From Camelus ferus (taxonomy: Eukaryota): a stretch of DNA of 64,000 bases. Location of the stretch: the NCBI RefSeq assembly GCF_009834535.1, contig NC_045704.1, positions 43,586,001 through 43,650,000 of the forward strand, in the 5' to 3' direction. The notes below the pieces were generated by a model that saw nothing but the letters and a program-made list of their open reading frames with translations, was not told where the DNA came from and searched no databases. The position numbers and the translations under genes are program-made. Positions 11,721-25,539 of the stretch are shown piece by piece; within the stretch, counting starts at the first letter, position 1, and each line of letters opens with the position of its first letter.

Positions 11721-13522
11721 TCAGGAGCGGGCTGACAGGCACTGGTTCACAACCTCCAGCAGGTGGGTGTTCTCCAGGGCAGCTGCCACCCGCTCTTTAT
11801 CTGCAAGCTGCTTGTTCACTGGGTGGAAAGGAGAGAGTGGTGAAATACATTTATACCCCCACCAACAAAGTTCTCCTATCACCTCCTTCCCAGGACCCCA
11901 AGCCTTGATCAGGCTACCCCAACCACCTGAGCCAACACCCATCCCACCTTCTTGTGACCCCTCCCACCTGGCCACTCAAGTCTGCCTCCTATACTATAAA
12001 CCTGACAAACCCTGGATCTTGAGTAGTTAGGAGAGGGAGAGGGCAGGAGTGGGAGAACATGATAAACACAGGAGACTCAAGTCAGTGCAGCTTCGATCTA
12101 GGGTCCTACCCACACTGAGGAGTCACCTACCTAGTGCTACACCCCCTCCCCTCCATCTTACCCTACAAACCACCACGGCAAGGGGGAAGCCTCAAGGCCA
12201 GTGCCTCAACATCAGCCCACACCTACCTGCATGCTCCGAGGCATGGGTCCCTGGTGTTATGTGCACATCCATCTGGGAGGGAGACAGGTGGGGCCTGAGC
12301 ACTCACACACCTGTCTACCCACCGTTTTCCCCAATCCCCACTCACCACCTGCAGCTGATCCCTTGTCCTACTCATGCCTCTGGACTCTGGCACTTCCATT
12401 ACACCCCAAACCCACCCACAGCCTCTCCAACTCTACCCAAAGGACTGGCCAACTGCTGCTGACTTAAAGGCCTGCCTGCACCCTATCCCTGCTACAAACC
12501 TATCTACAGCTCCCTACTGCCCTTCCTGCCTCCTCACTACTCTTCTGCACTTTCCAGCCGAGGCCTTTATTCTTGTCCCATCCATTTGAAAGTCTCCTCC
12601 CAGTTTCATCGCTGCTAGCTGGGATCCTTCTAGGTCTCACTCTAATATATATATATATTATTCTAATATATATATATATATATATATTCAGGTCCTCCAT
12701 ACCCTCTGCAGTAGTAGACACGCTTGACCCACCCCCAGGGCTCAGTTCCAACTTACCTTAAAACGCTGGGGAAGGGATCGCAGAAGCTTGACTTTGATGG
12801 ACAGGCCAATAAGGGTGGCCATACTGCAGTGTGGAATGGTGGGTGTGAAGGCCACGGCCACTGTGCTCTCGGGGTCGCTCACCTGATTGGGAGAATAGGA
12901 TATTAGGAGTCATGATCTGCCTAGCCCAGAGCTCCTCTTCTTAGTTTGTTACTTCAGGCAAGTTGTCTAACCGGTATGGGCCTGTTTCCTCATCCATGAA
13001 ATGGGCAGACGCACACTCCCCCCATCCTTCAAAGATTCCCTGAGGAGTCCATGAACTGAGAGAACGCCAGCCCCGTGGTGCACAGCTGAACTTTTCTGAC
13101 TCTCCCGAAGAAGCTGCTCCCCTTGGACGCTGGAAGTGACTCACCTGAACCCGGACTTGCTCTACTACGTTCAATTCTTCTAGCGTAAGTGGATGCTCCG
13201 GGTCATTGATGCAGCGAATCAGATGTGGCAAGTGAAGGAAAGGGGACTCTGCGCCTCTGTCCACTCACAACCCTCCGCCGGGAAAGCCTGGCCCTGATAC
13301 TGCTCCACCGACTACTGGAATCACTTCATCCCCCCTCCCAGGCCCCCGCGAACCCGCCCGCGCCCCGCTGCGACGGATATCGAAGATCTCGCGGGCGTCG
13401 ATGCTGTCTGGAACCTGCTCGTCCTCCTCGCCCGCGGTCACTGGCCGCTCCCCAGAGCGCTCGTAGATGAGGGGGTTAGCGTTCTCCAAGAGGCCGCCCC
13501 CCATCCCACTGCCGCCCACCAT
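11721..13522 (-). CDS. CIAO2B: Cytosolic iron-sulfur assembly component 2B (FAM96B/MIP18), 163 aa, intact
   Basis: Exons 13522-13381, 13224-13145, 12882-12757, 12272-12227, 11818-11721 (142+80+126+46+98=492 nt). Motifs [55 protein letters not shown]. Confidence 0.97.
12641..12688. repeat. Interrupted (TA)n microsatellite in CIAO2B intron 3
   Basis: tctaa(TA)n occurs twice in tandem. Confidence 0.9.
13225..13380 (-). other. CIAO2B: U12-type AT-AC intron (CIAO2B intron 1, 156 nt)
   Basis: 5'SS |ATATCCGTC, branch TTCCTTCAC (13240-13232), 3'SS ccac|. These junctions give the conserved EIFD-LIR reading. Confidence 0.9.
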
Positions 13523-14776
13523 TGCGGAACCGCGGCGGGCTACTGTAGGCGTGTACTTCCGCTCCTGCCTGCGCACTTCCGGGGAATGAGGAGGGGCGTG
13601 GTGTGGCGACGGGTTAAGGCGAGGGACACGCTGCGCTGCCGGTACTCCGCCTGAGGTTTGAGTGGATGAGTGACCTATGCTCATTTTCTGCGCAGACCTG
13701 GGAAAATGCGGAGCACTCCAGCAAAGGCACGGAGAAGAGACCCCGTGTGTGAGCCCGTAGCGTGCTGGACGGCGGAGGCCAAGGCTGGGACACTGAAGAC
13801 CCGTCTGAGATTGAGCCTGGCGTATCTTCCTTCAGGCATAACTTCCCCCGGGAATTCTGCCCCTTAGGCTGGGCGGGCGCTCCCTTGCCCAGAGTTGCCT
13901 CTCCTGGCACGGCTCACTGAGTTTCGCGACTTCACGGTGACGCACCTGCAGCCCCTGCTGCAACTTTGGTCCAGGAGTGCTCTCCTGGCCCCTAGCGCGC
14001 GGACCAGCAGTCATTCTTTCAGTTTTTGTCAAATGAATAAGTGAACGTGAACTCGATTTTGGCGGAAGGTGGGAAGAGGGAAAGACACGGGATGGGGCTG
14101 AGGGTGTCCTTAAGATGAGTGCCACAATCCGTTGTGCATTTCAAAAGACGAGGCATTGCCCAGTAGGGAGGGGGCCCGCAAAGACCCTCGGACCAGGCAC
14201 AGTAAGGCGATGAAGGCAGACCCAGGAAATTAATCCCTGAAAGCAAGGAGGAGTTTTTGGAATGATGGGCAGTCACACTTCCCTGCCTTTACTCAGGCGG
14301 TTCCCTTCTCTCTGACCGAAGGTCGAAGGTCGTTTCTGTTTCTCCGTCTTTGTGAATCCTGATCATGCACCTCAGGGAAGCTCTCCTGGTTTTCCCAATC
14401 ACAGCTGATTGCTCTCTCTCGCCCCCCAACACCCTTATCGGGCCTTTGACTGTAAGGATAGTGAACGCAGGTTTGAGGAGAGGGCTCTTGATACTGCGGA
14501 GGGGCTGCAGAAGCCACAAGGCCCCTTCGGAGAAGGCCTAAGTGGGCTTGGGCAGGGGGCAAGCGACCGTGACTGCCACTGGCCTTTGCCTGCTCAGTCC
14601 CACTCTCCTGCCAAACTCACCTTTCCCCGCCTACTCCCTGCCCAGTCTGCCCAGTCCAAACTCCGGGTCTGGTGGGGCACTCACTAATCGACTGCTGGAC
14701 CGGCCCCCGAGGAGCCTCTCGGTGAAACGCAGCTTGCTCCCCGGTAGCGCAAAAAAGAGAAGACTGTGAGCCCACC
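13523..14776. promoter_or_regulatory. Head-to-head CpG-rich promoter region shared by CIAO2B and CES2
   Basis: Divergent ATGs 1.25 kb apart. ETS/GABP ACTTCCGG at 13575-13582, ACTTCCG at 13555-13561, GC box GGGGCGTGG near 13593. Confidence 0.7.
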
Positions 14777-16859
14777 ATGCCACTGGACAGACTTCGCTTG
14801 TGGCTGAGCGCCGTGACCTTCGGGTTCCTGCTTCTCGTTCCGGGCCAGGGTGAGGGTCCCGCATAAGGCAACAGACACCGGGATAGCACTTACCAAATTC
14901 TGCAGAGTCAGGACCCGAGGCTGCGGGAGGACAGGCGTCGGGGAGGTGGGAACCATTGGAGAGCTATAGCCCCTGAACCGTGTGCCAGACCGGACACACG
15001 GTGACCAATGAGGGTGCGCCCCCTGAGGCGCATGGAGAGTAGGGGCTGTCCCAGGTCACAGTACACTGAGTGCCCAGCGGCCCCTAGGGACTCTGGCAGC
15101 ACCTGGTGGGCTTGGGGAGGGAAGGGCGGGTTTGGGACTTTCTTTCTTAGTGTTTGTGGTGGAGCTGGCGCTGCCCTTGGGTAATAACAGAAATAATAGT
15201 ATCTTTCTGCTGCCGTTTAGCTCTGAGTGTTGCATCCTTGGCTAAAGGGGCGTCCTGACACCCACTGAGCCCCCTTCCACAGGAACCCCAGGCAAGTTAC
15301 TGGCTCTGGCTATAGGAGCACACCTCCCAGCTCCCCACCTCCCCATCCTAAAGCCTATCAGATTAGCACCTCCTTCTCTTCACCCTATGTGCCAACCCTG
15401 GGGGAGGGCATACCTTGGCCTCCAGGGCAAAGGTGAGCGTTCTTTATGTCAACCCTTATAGGTAGCTTAGGCTATGTGGGGACTGTGCCTGGGTGTGTCT
15501 GCACCTCCTGCACCCCCTTTGGAAGGGCGTGATCCTCTTATCCAAACGGGCTCTGCCTGTGCAGCCTGACTATCCTCTCACTTCCCAGTGGAATCTGCCT
15601 GTCCACACTAATCCATCCCCTGTGGCCAACTCCACAGGGCTTCCCCCTTACCCATCACTGATCAGGCTCCAGGAGGTCACCAGAACCTTCCGCACCACGA
15701 TCTACTAGGCCTCGCTGACACCTCCTTTTAGAAATGTTGCTATGTTGGATTGGACCCACTTTCAGAAAGAAAGAATTGATAAGTACAGGTGATGGCTCTC
15801 ACCCTCTCCTGTCCCATCCAGTTCTGTGTTATCCAACAGGGACCATCAAGTTCTCTGGGACCTTCCACACACTGACCAGGAGTTTACCAGGAACAGATGT
15901 GTACATGCAGCCTTGGTTTTCACCTAAATGATCAGAAATTCCCTCCCTTTCTGGTGCCTAGCTTTTCCACTTCCTGACACAGGGGGTGACCTCACCACAC
16001 TTGCACATGGTAGAACTTCTTCATACTGTTTAATAGAAGGGCTTCTCTTCAAAGAGAAAGCATCCTGTATGTACCCAGCTTCTGATCAGGGACATTTTAG
16101 CAGGTTTTGTCCTTTGCTATAACAAACATCAAGCATTAGAGGCCACTGGCAACAGTGAAGTACAGGAACAGACATCACATCCCGTAAGGAGCTGTGTAGA
16201 CAATATGATACTGGGGAGAAGGGTGGGCCTTTTGAGTTGGAAAGATATTGCTCAGTTGCCCTCTTTGGGGCCTGTAGCTGCTGACTCTGGCTTCACCTAC
16301 ACCAGGTGGCATCAAGAATGTTGATCCACATTGATCTGATAGGTGTGGGATAGTATAGCTCCCTGAGCCTGTTTTTTTGTTTTGTTTTGTTTTGTTTTGT
16401 TAAACTTTTTATTATGAAACCAGGCTCAGACCTGCCAAATTCTGCAGAGGAAGAACCTGAGCCTGCAGGAGGAAAGGCATCGCAAGGTGGGAGCCAGTGG
16501 AGATAACACCGGGGGAATGGGGAGCCTGACTGGATAACTTCCTGCACCCTGAGGCACAGAGAGGGTCAGGGCTGCCCAAGACCACACAGCACCACAGGGC
16601 TCCCCATCTGAGGAGGAGAGGATAATGTAATAAACTCATGATCTACCTTCAACAAATATCAATACCTGGGCACCTTAGTTTTGTCTGGACTATCACCTCT
16701 CCTTTGCACCGTTATTTGTTTGAAGCAAATCCCAGACATCATATCATCTGTAAGTTTTTTTTTATCCTGTCCTAGTAAAAGAAAAGGTATATTTCTCTCA
16801 TAGTTCCTTAGTATAATCAAATATCTAATCAAATATTCTCATTTCATATTATCTCATAT

Positions 16860-17520
16860 TTATGATTTTTTAAAAACAATGATTTAAATAAGGTTTATAC
16901 TTTAAACATTGGTAGATGTACTTCTTTTAATAACAAATTTGAGATATAATTCACATAGCATAACTTTCACCCATTTAAAGTGGTTTTTAGTATATTCAGA
17001 GTTCATCACATCAATTCCCCTTTCGCCCCAACCTCAGCAGATGGGTTGCTTTCTGTCTNNNNNNNNNNNNNNNNNNNNNNNNNNNNNNNNNNNNNNNNNN
17101 NNNNNNNNNNNNNNNNNNNNNNNNNNNNNNNNNNNNNNNNNNNNNNNNNNNNNNNNNNNNNNNNNNNNNNNNNNNNNNNNNNNNNNNNNNNNNNNNNNNN
17201 NNNNNNNNNNNNNNNNNNNNNNNNNNNNNNNNNNNNNNNNNNNNNNNNNNNNNNNNNNNNNNNNNNNNNNNNNNNNNNNNNNNNNNNNNNNNNNNNNNNN
17301 NNNNNNNNNNNNNNNNNNNNNNNNNNNNNNNNNNNNNNNNNNNNNNNNNNNNNNNNNNNNNNNNNNNNNNNNNNNNNNNNNNNNNNNNNNNNNNNTTTTG
17401 AAAAACTGTCAGAATATCTTCCAAAGCACCTGCACCATTTTCCCTTCCCACTAGCAATGTATGAATGTCCTAGTTTTTCTACGTCCTTTCCAACATTTTT
17501 ATTGTCTTTTTGAAGTATTT
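16860..17520 (-). mobile_element. L1 fragment spanning an assembly gap
   Basis: tttgagatataattcacatagcataa... and ccattttcccttcccactagcaatgtatg are L1-like. Confidence 0.6.
17059..17395. other. Assembly gap (337 N)
   Basis: N run. Confidence 1.
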
Positions 17521-17662
17521 CATGAATCTCTTTCAATCTTCAGATTCCTCCTCTTCCTCTCTTTTATTTTCCTTGTAATTTTGTTGGTGTGTTGAAGAAA
17601 CTAGTCTGTCTGTTCTGGAGAGGATCCAGAATTGGGGTTTTGCTGATTACATCCCTATGGTA

Positions 17663-17875
17663 TCTTTTTTAAAAAATTATTTTATAGAATCAGATTTTAT
17701 TTAAAATTATCTATATGTTTACTTTTTTATTGAGGTATCGTCAGTTTACAATATTGTATCAATTTCTCAGTCATACATGAATATACATATATTCATTTTC
17801 ATATTCTTTTTCACTGTAAGCTACTGCAAGATATTGAATATATTTCCCTGTGCTATACAGTATAAACTTATTTAT
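17663..17875 (-). mobile_element. 5'-truncated younger L1 3' end with target-site duplication
   Basis: PolyT tail side at left. TSD tccctatggtatctttt (~17652) / tccctatggtgtctttt (~17877). Confidence 0.65.
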
Positions 17876-20800
17876 CTCCCTATGGTGTCTTTTAACTGTT
17901 TCTCTGTCCCTTGTATGTCTCTAAACTTGTATTTGTGTTCTAGAGGCTTGATCAGATTTAGAGTTTAGGTTTTGCTTTGCTTTGTTTGGGGGAAAGACTA
18001 CTTCATATGTGGTGCAGTGGACTTCCAGTAGAAAACATACAACATCTGACTGTCTTGTTTTTTGTGACAATGTAAGTTGTTGACCTCACAGATTTCAGTG
18101 TGCATTTCTCTTAGCACAAGGGAGATGAACATCTCATTTGTGTAAGAGCCATTTATTTATTTTCCTTGTTCTGTCTGAACATATTCTTTCTCCATTTCAT
18201 ATTCTTTTACCAAATATGTGCAGCTGGCATATTTCTTATTCATTTGTGGACATTCTTTATTTATGGTGAATATCAGCTCTTTCTCTGTGAGGTGACGTGC
18301 AGCCTCTTCAGGCCTCCCTGATCCCCACAGCAGGGCGGGCTGTACTGTTCACATTCTAGACTCACCTGCACTTCACCTTGTAGTTCTCTTCATAACATCA
18401 CTTTCTGGAGGATACTCTCTCTCTGTCATTTCTTTCCACCTAGAGTGTGAGATCCTTAAGGGCAGGAACCTTGTCTGTCCTGTTCCCACAGTTCTCCTAC
18501 TGCCTCCTAGGACCTGGCACACGGTGAGTGGAAAGGACACTCTCCCATCAAGCTCATGTGGCTGTTTGTTTGAAGCTCCTGGGGCTAAACCATGGGGCAA
18601 AGCCCCAGGGAGCCTCACTGAGTGTGGTGGGAAAGGCTGGCACCTTTCAGTGAAGGCAGTGGCAAGGGTCGGGGCAGAGATACAGGAAGGAAATCTGCAA
18701 AGCAAATGTTGGTACACCTGTGTCCCTTGAACTGAGCTGAGGACAGGAAGGAGGTAGCCATATCAACAGTTGGGGAGGGCAGCTGATGGGGGAGACCTAA
18801 CCCTGATATCCATCTCTCTGTGCACAGGCCAGGACTCTACCAGCCCTGTCCGGATGACACACACAGGGCAAGTGCGAGGGAGTCTCGTCCACATGAAGAA
18901 CACTGATGTGAGGGTCCACACCTTCCTGGGAATTCCCTTTGCCAAGCCACCTCTGGGGCCTCTGCAATTTGTGCCCCCTGAGCCCCCAGAATCTTGGAGT
19001 GGTGTAAAGGATGGGACCTCCCACCCGGCCATGTAAGCAGAGAGTGCAGGGAACTCTAGGCCCTGGAGATAGAAGGTACTCAGAGCTCTGGGCCAGGCCA
19101 CCATTGTCATTTTATCTAAATGCCCACAGCCAGTTTTCCCTCTGAGTTTGATGGATCCCCACATGCATTTTTCTGATGAGCATGCTGAGCCTTGAAAGGG
19201 TGGAGTAACTCCCAGGCTGAGGGCTTAACACTCAAAGAGCATTAGCTCCACATGCTGAAGGGATGAGCAGAGATACACATCTCCCCCACGTTCTAGTTAT
19301 GCCAAGAGGAGGTGTCTCTGGGAGAGGTGTGAACCTTGTAGCAGCAGATACAGTAGATCCCTGAGGAGTGGGGAACCCCCACTCTGCACAGTCACTGCAC
19401 CAGCTGACAGGGCTGGGTGCCATTGACCAAGGGGCATGTATATATTCTTGCAGCTGGAAACTATATGGGAGTGATGAGGTTCCTTGAGAGTCTGACTTGG
19501 AACAAGGGACATCCCACTCCCCTTCTTGTGAGAAATTAACATCCATTCATTCTGGCAGCACATGTATATGGGCTACTTCCCTGTTCCAGGCCTATCTGAG
19601 TACAGTGATATGGTGGTGAGTGTCAACACATGCAACCAATGGTTCTCATAGAGACCCCCAAGAGTCAGGATTTCTCAGCCTCAGGAGGACTGGTATCCAA
19701 GGACTTCATAAGCTTGACGCCTCTCCAGAAGACAGCTTCCCCAGAACCTGTGGCCTGTAACTTACTTGGTGCAAAGGGGCTTTAGGAAAGGACCATGTGC
19801 GAGCAGGGTATCGAGGGAAGTGGGACCAAGGGTAGGTGGGATCTGTTTATGGCCATGACACGGCTCCAGCACTGACTGCCTGCCACTGCCACCAGGTGTC
19901 TGCAGGATACGGCTAGCATGAATGCAATGTTTGTGAAAGTATTGAATATGACCCTGCCTTCCACCTCCATGTCTGAAGACTGCCTGTACCTCAACATCTT
20001 CACACCTGCCCATACCCACGAGGGCTCCAACCGGCCTGTGAGTGCCAGGTCACAGCTGGCTAAGGGGTGGGAGGACATTTTTTCTGCAAGAAGATTGAAA
20101 AAGGACAGGATCAGCCTGGGCTCCACTGCAGTGTGGACCCTATTAAGAAGCTTCTTACTATTAGATCTAAGAGAGTCCTTCTTACCCAGCATGGGTGGCT
20201 GACCCCTGGGCACAGGGTTGCAGAACCCTGGCTTCTCCCAGAGATCAGAAACGGTGGCCCTGGGAGGGACCCGGGACTCACCTAACCAACTCATGCACAG
20301 GAGACCCACTCAGGTGACTGAGGGCTGCCCGTTGAGGTGGCCAGAGACCCCAGCCAGGGATTATCTGTCGGGCCAATGAGAATAGAGAACACTTTCCTTA
20401 ATTGATATGCATGTGGGGTGATCAGGGAGACACCCCTTTTCTTTCCACCTCAGAGAGTGTTCTGGGAGAAATGGAGCCAGGCCTTGATACATGGGACAGA
20501 CCCCAAAGTGTGGGAGGCCAGCTTTCCTGATGGAACTTGGGTCACTTTCAGCCCCGGGGCATGAATATATCGAGTTTTGTCCACATTGTTAGACAGACAG
20601 AGCCAAGGTGGTGGTTAGTCTAAGCAGCATCCCTGGTGGGGTTTGGGCTGGGTGGGAGCAACGTGGTATCTGTGCCTTGGATTCTCCAGGTGATGGTGTG
20701 GATCCATGGTGGCTTGCTTGTGATGGGCATGGCTTCCATGTATGATGGGTCTGCACTGGCAGCCTTCGAGGACGTCATAGTGGTCGTTACCCAGTACCGC

Positions 20801-20973
20801 CTGGGTGTGCTGGGCTTCTTCAGGTGAGACTGGGGCTGGACTGGGCAGTGTGGGCTGACAAAGCCAGGACCGTTCCATGACCGCCATCCCTGCCCCCTCG
20901 CAGCACTGGAGACATACATGCAACTGGCAACTGGGGCTACCTGGATCAAGTGGCTGCACTACACTGGGTCTAG

Positions 20974-21234
<261 letters not shown>

Positions 21235-24200
21235 TAAATGGGGACAAGGACTCCCCTGTCATCAGAGCACCTTGGGAATAGCTGTCTATCCTGGGATTGT
21301 TTCAGGCTTAGAATCCACAGACCTCTACCAGCACAGAGACTGAGTCATTCTGTGGCCCCCAAAACTGACACCCTGGGGGCCCCCATCATGGGCCAGACCA
21401 TCTTGGCAGGTGGGATGGCCCCTCTAGCTGAGACCTCTGAGCATCAGGGAAATCAGAATAATTTCAAAAGTGTAGGAATCCACTCATGATACTCTGTGAG
21501 ATTTGGGGTACACCTGCCTCCAACTGGAGCATCAGGATAACCACTCTCCCTTACCTGGAAGGATGAGCTAGCCCCTACCTGGTCTCTTTATAGATAGTGG
21601 TCAACCTGTCTGCCTGTGGCCAGGTTGACTCAGAGGCCCTGATGAACTGCCTGCGGGGCAAGAGTGAAGAGGAGATTCTGGCCATCAACAAGGTTGGACT
21701 GAATGGGTGCGGGTGTGGAGGAAGGGGGCCCATAGGTGTAGGACAGGCAAACCTGAGTGCCCCTCATACTCCCTGGGAAGGTTACTCTATCTCCACACCT
21801 TGGGGTCCTCACAGCCCTGGATGGGGAGTTAAGGCCAGGCCATGCTAACGCAGGTGTCAGGACCTCCTGGTGTGGGTGTGAGCATCCTGGGATGAGCAAG
21901 GAAGGGGCAGAAGATGTCTGTGGCATCAGAAAATGTCTGCAACTTGACTTTGAGTGCCCCTTAGGCCTTCAAGATCATCCCTGGCCTGGTGGATGGGATT
22001 TTCCTGCCCAGGCACCCCCAGGAGCTTCTGGCCTCTGCTGACTTTCAACCTGTCCCCAGCATCATTGGTGTCAACAACGATGAGTACGGCTGGATCATCC
22101 CCTCGGTAAGGCCCATTCCCAAGCCTCTAGGTGCCGGGATCCCATTTCGTGGGGGAGCCTAGGGATTTCATAGCTCCAGGCTATCCCATCTCCAACTCGA
22201 GACTCCCCCCCACCACCCAGGATTTGATCAAATATGGTACCCAGACGGAAATGAACAGAGAGACCGTGAAGGCTGTTTTGCAGAAAGCATCAACAATGTT
22301 AGTGAGGCTTCTGGGGACCTGCCCCCATGGGAGGGGTTCCTCTCCTCTTCCAAGGCACGGGAAGCCCATCTCCTGGATACCCTGTCCATGCACTACCCCT
22401 GCAGAGCTTGGCCCCTTCCCCTGATTCCTTATCCCATCCCAGGATCCATCTCCCCAGTCCTGACCCTGCCGCCTCCCTGCCCCGGCCAGCCTGCCTAACC
22501 TGACTCTTCCTGATCCACCTGGGGCAGATGTTGTCTCCTGAGATGGGTGACCTGTTGATGGAGGAGTACATAGGAGACAGTGAGGACCCCCTGACCCTCC
22601 AAACCCAGTTCCATGAGATGATGGAAGACTACCTCTTTGTGATCCCTGCACTCCAAGTAGCAAACTTTCAGCGTGAGTACATCTGGAACTAAGGGAAGAC
22701 TGGCAAGGGAGAAACTCAGAGCTGCAGGTAACAGCTGAGGTCTACTGGTGTCCAGGTCCCAGCCCACGTCTGTTTATTGGGCTCAGGTGCCAGCCACTTA
22801 ATATCTTTCATCTTGGTAAATCCTCACGGCTAGTCTAAGAGACAGACATTTATTCCTTTTTACAGATGAGGAAATAGGTTCACTGACCTTCAGTGACTTG
22901 CCGAAGACCATACCTCAGGAAGTTCCAAAGCCACAGTTTAAACCCAGGCCCTTCCCACTGCCCTTGCTCCCGCCTGGGGCTCCCTCGCCTCATTGTCCAG
23001 ATCCCAACCAGCTTTGGATTTAGCTGTGTCATCACCATGGGTAATTCAAGAAAACTCCAGGTGAGAAGCCGCCACGTCATAGCCTGTCTACCCCACCTCC
23101 CCAGGTTCCCATGCCCCTGTCTACTTCTACGAGTTCCAGCATCAACCCAGCTTCTCCAAGGACATCAAGCCAAGCTATGTGAAAGCAGACCATGGAGATG
23201 AGGTTCTCTTTGTCTTTGGAAACCCTTTCCAGGGCCGCTATGGTGAGTCTTCCTGGGCGGGTTTCCTCAGAGGCCCCTCATTCCCAGGATGTGAGTCAGT
23301 ACACTGGCTGAGTCCCTGAGAGAGGGTAATTGCCCTCACTGTACAGATGAGGAAACTGAGGCTCCAAAACAGGACGGGATCAAGTGTCCAAGATCTGACA
23401 GCCAGAAAGACTGAGCTCACATTGGAGTACAGGGCTTTTCGAACAGGGACCTATGCGCCCTCCACCTCTCCCCACCCTGACTGTGGGTATCTGGCATGGG
23501 TGCAGAGGGGGCTGTTTCAAAGGCATATTTGCTTCTTAAATGCCCTTCCAGTATCAGAAGGAAGAAGGGAGCCCTCTGGGTCAGGCCTGAGCCTAGTGTC
23601 AGGTCAGCCAGAGCCTGAGATGAATATATGGGGTTTGGGCGAGGAGAGGGCCTGGGGAGCAGGCAGAGAGCCAGGTCTAGGCTGGCAGGGAGGGGCTGGG
23701 GAAAGCTACACCTGGGATGGTGAGAGTGGTTTGCGAAATGACCCACATGCTGCCCTGGAGCTACCCTGACCAGGACCTTTGTCCTACTGCTCTGTAGTCA
23801 AAATGACTGAGGAGGAGCTGCTGCTGAGCAGGAAGATGATGAAGTACTGGGCCAACTTTGCTCGAAATGGGTGAGATGTTGCATCCTTACTTTAACCTCC
23901 ACAGTTGAGGGGTGTATCTTGAACCAATCAGGACTCCCTTGTCTGTGGTGACCTCATTAGCATAGATGTCTTTAATTGAGTGGCAGCCCTCTCCCCAGCT
24001 CCAGGACCCTCTTGGACAAAGAGGGGCGTTATGGATGCTGGACACTTATGCCATCCCTGGGTCATCTGGAGGGGAGGTGACAGTGCTATTACTGACAGAG
24101 CCTCCCTCTGTCAGGAAAGAACACAGGCTGCTCTGCCACCTGGTGGAGCTGATGCTCTGGTGGGAGGTAGATTCTTTCCTACTTCTGGAAACCTCCCTGT

Positions 24201-24616
24201 TTCATTCCCTAAGCCCTGTTTGGCTGCCTTGCCTGGCCTCAGTCAGGATGTTCGGGTCTGGGCCTGGTAGGGCTCACAGTGACTCTCACACTGCTCCATG
24301 GGTGGGCATGTCTACAGGAACCCCAACAGCGAGGGTCTGCCCCACTGGCCCCTGTTTGACCAGGAGGAGAGCAATACCTGCAGCTGGACATGCAGCCTGT
24401 AGTGGGCCGGACCCTGAAGGCCCACAGGCTCCAGTTCTGGACAAAGACCCTACCTGAGAAGATGCAGGAGCTAATGGAGGCCAAGGAGAAGCACACAGAA
24501 CTGTAGCTTCCTGCATCAGGGGTTGGGGTGTGGGCTTGAGTGCAGGTGGGGGTCTGCCAGAGGTGCCCACACACACCCAGTGAGGAACCAGTAGTTTTTC
24601 CTTCATTTGCATAGCC

Positions 24617-24672
24617 CTTCCTTCCTTCCTTCCTTCCTTCCTTCCTTCCTTCCTTCCTTCCTTCCTTCCTTC
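24617..24672. repeat. (CTTC)14 microsatellite in the CES2 3'UTR
   Basis: Read directly. Confidence 0.95.
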
Positions 24673-24760
24673 TTCTATCCATCCCCCCAGCAAACATTTA
24701 AGAACTTACCACATGTTAGTTGCCAAGCCTGCCATGGGTCCTTTCTTGTTAGACACACTC

Positions 24761-24766
24761 AATAAA
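24761..24766 (+). terminator. CES2: CES2 polyadenylation signal
   Basis: AATAAA about 255 nt after the ancestral stop. Confidence 0.7.
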
Positions 24767-25309
24767 TCCTCCCACAAAGCTGGGGGTGGGCAAATCCCAA
24801 TGGAAGTTTACCTTTCCCAACATCCCACTGGGCCCTTGGCCCCATCCTCCCTTCCTCACCTCCACTCCCTTCCCACCCTCTCTCCTCTCCCTTTGAAGGA
24901 GGATGCTTTGGAGAATGTCTGCCCATACCTGGCTCAGCATCACTTGCTCTCCTATCTCACCAACTCACTGGGTGCATCCACATTATTTTCGTTACTTACC
25001 TCATTGTTTTCCCTAAACTTTTATTCTCACTTTACCCTCTCCCTGCAAAAACCCCTCTCTTATATTTTATCTCAACAGGTAAAGGTAGCAATTATGTTCA
25101 TTCTGCCTCTTTGTTCCACCAAAGCAGTTTCCCTCTGTCATTAAGAGGCTGCATTCCTCTTCTCATAGACCCAGGACTCCCCACCTCTGACCCTCTGGCA
25201 CTAGATTTCCCAGAAGGAAAGTCCCCCTTCTTTCTGTCTCGCTGTATTTAAGCCCAACTGTGGAACCTCCTTAAGTGAGGCTTGATGAAGATTCCAGCAT
25301 TGCCCACTC

Positions 25310-25326
25310 TGGCCACCAGATGGCAG
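25310..25326 (+). promoter_or_regulatory. Candidate CTCF site between CES2 and CES3
   Basis: TGGCCACCAGATGGCAG, close to the consensus. Confidence 0.6.
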
Positions 25327-25539
25327 AAAAGTATAACCTTAAGTTTGAAACGACCAACTCAGGAGAGGGAAGGGGCTTTCCTTTCAGTGAACACTTAACT
25401 GGTGCATAGTGCTTCCCCTGCATCCAGAAAGCATTTATTAAGCACTTATGGCACGCATGCCTCTGTACATTTTTCATCCTGCAGATGCACAGGATACTTC
25501 CACAAAGTGTATTCCTAGGACTAGCTTTAGTAATCTTAT

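Noticed and set aside
16909-17536. ORFs of 148-181 aa containing X runs (also near 25900 and 27150)
   Set aside because: Artefacts of translating through N gaps.
24239-24697. ORFs with KEGR repeats
   Set aside because: Translation of the (CTTC)14 microsatellite, antisense to the CES2 last exon.
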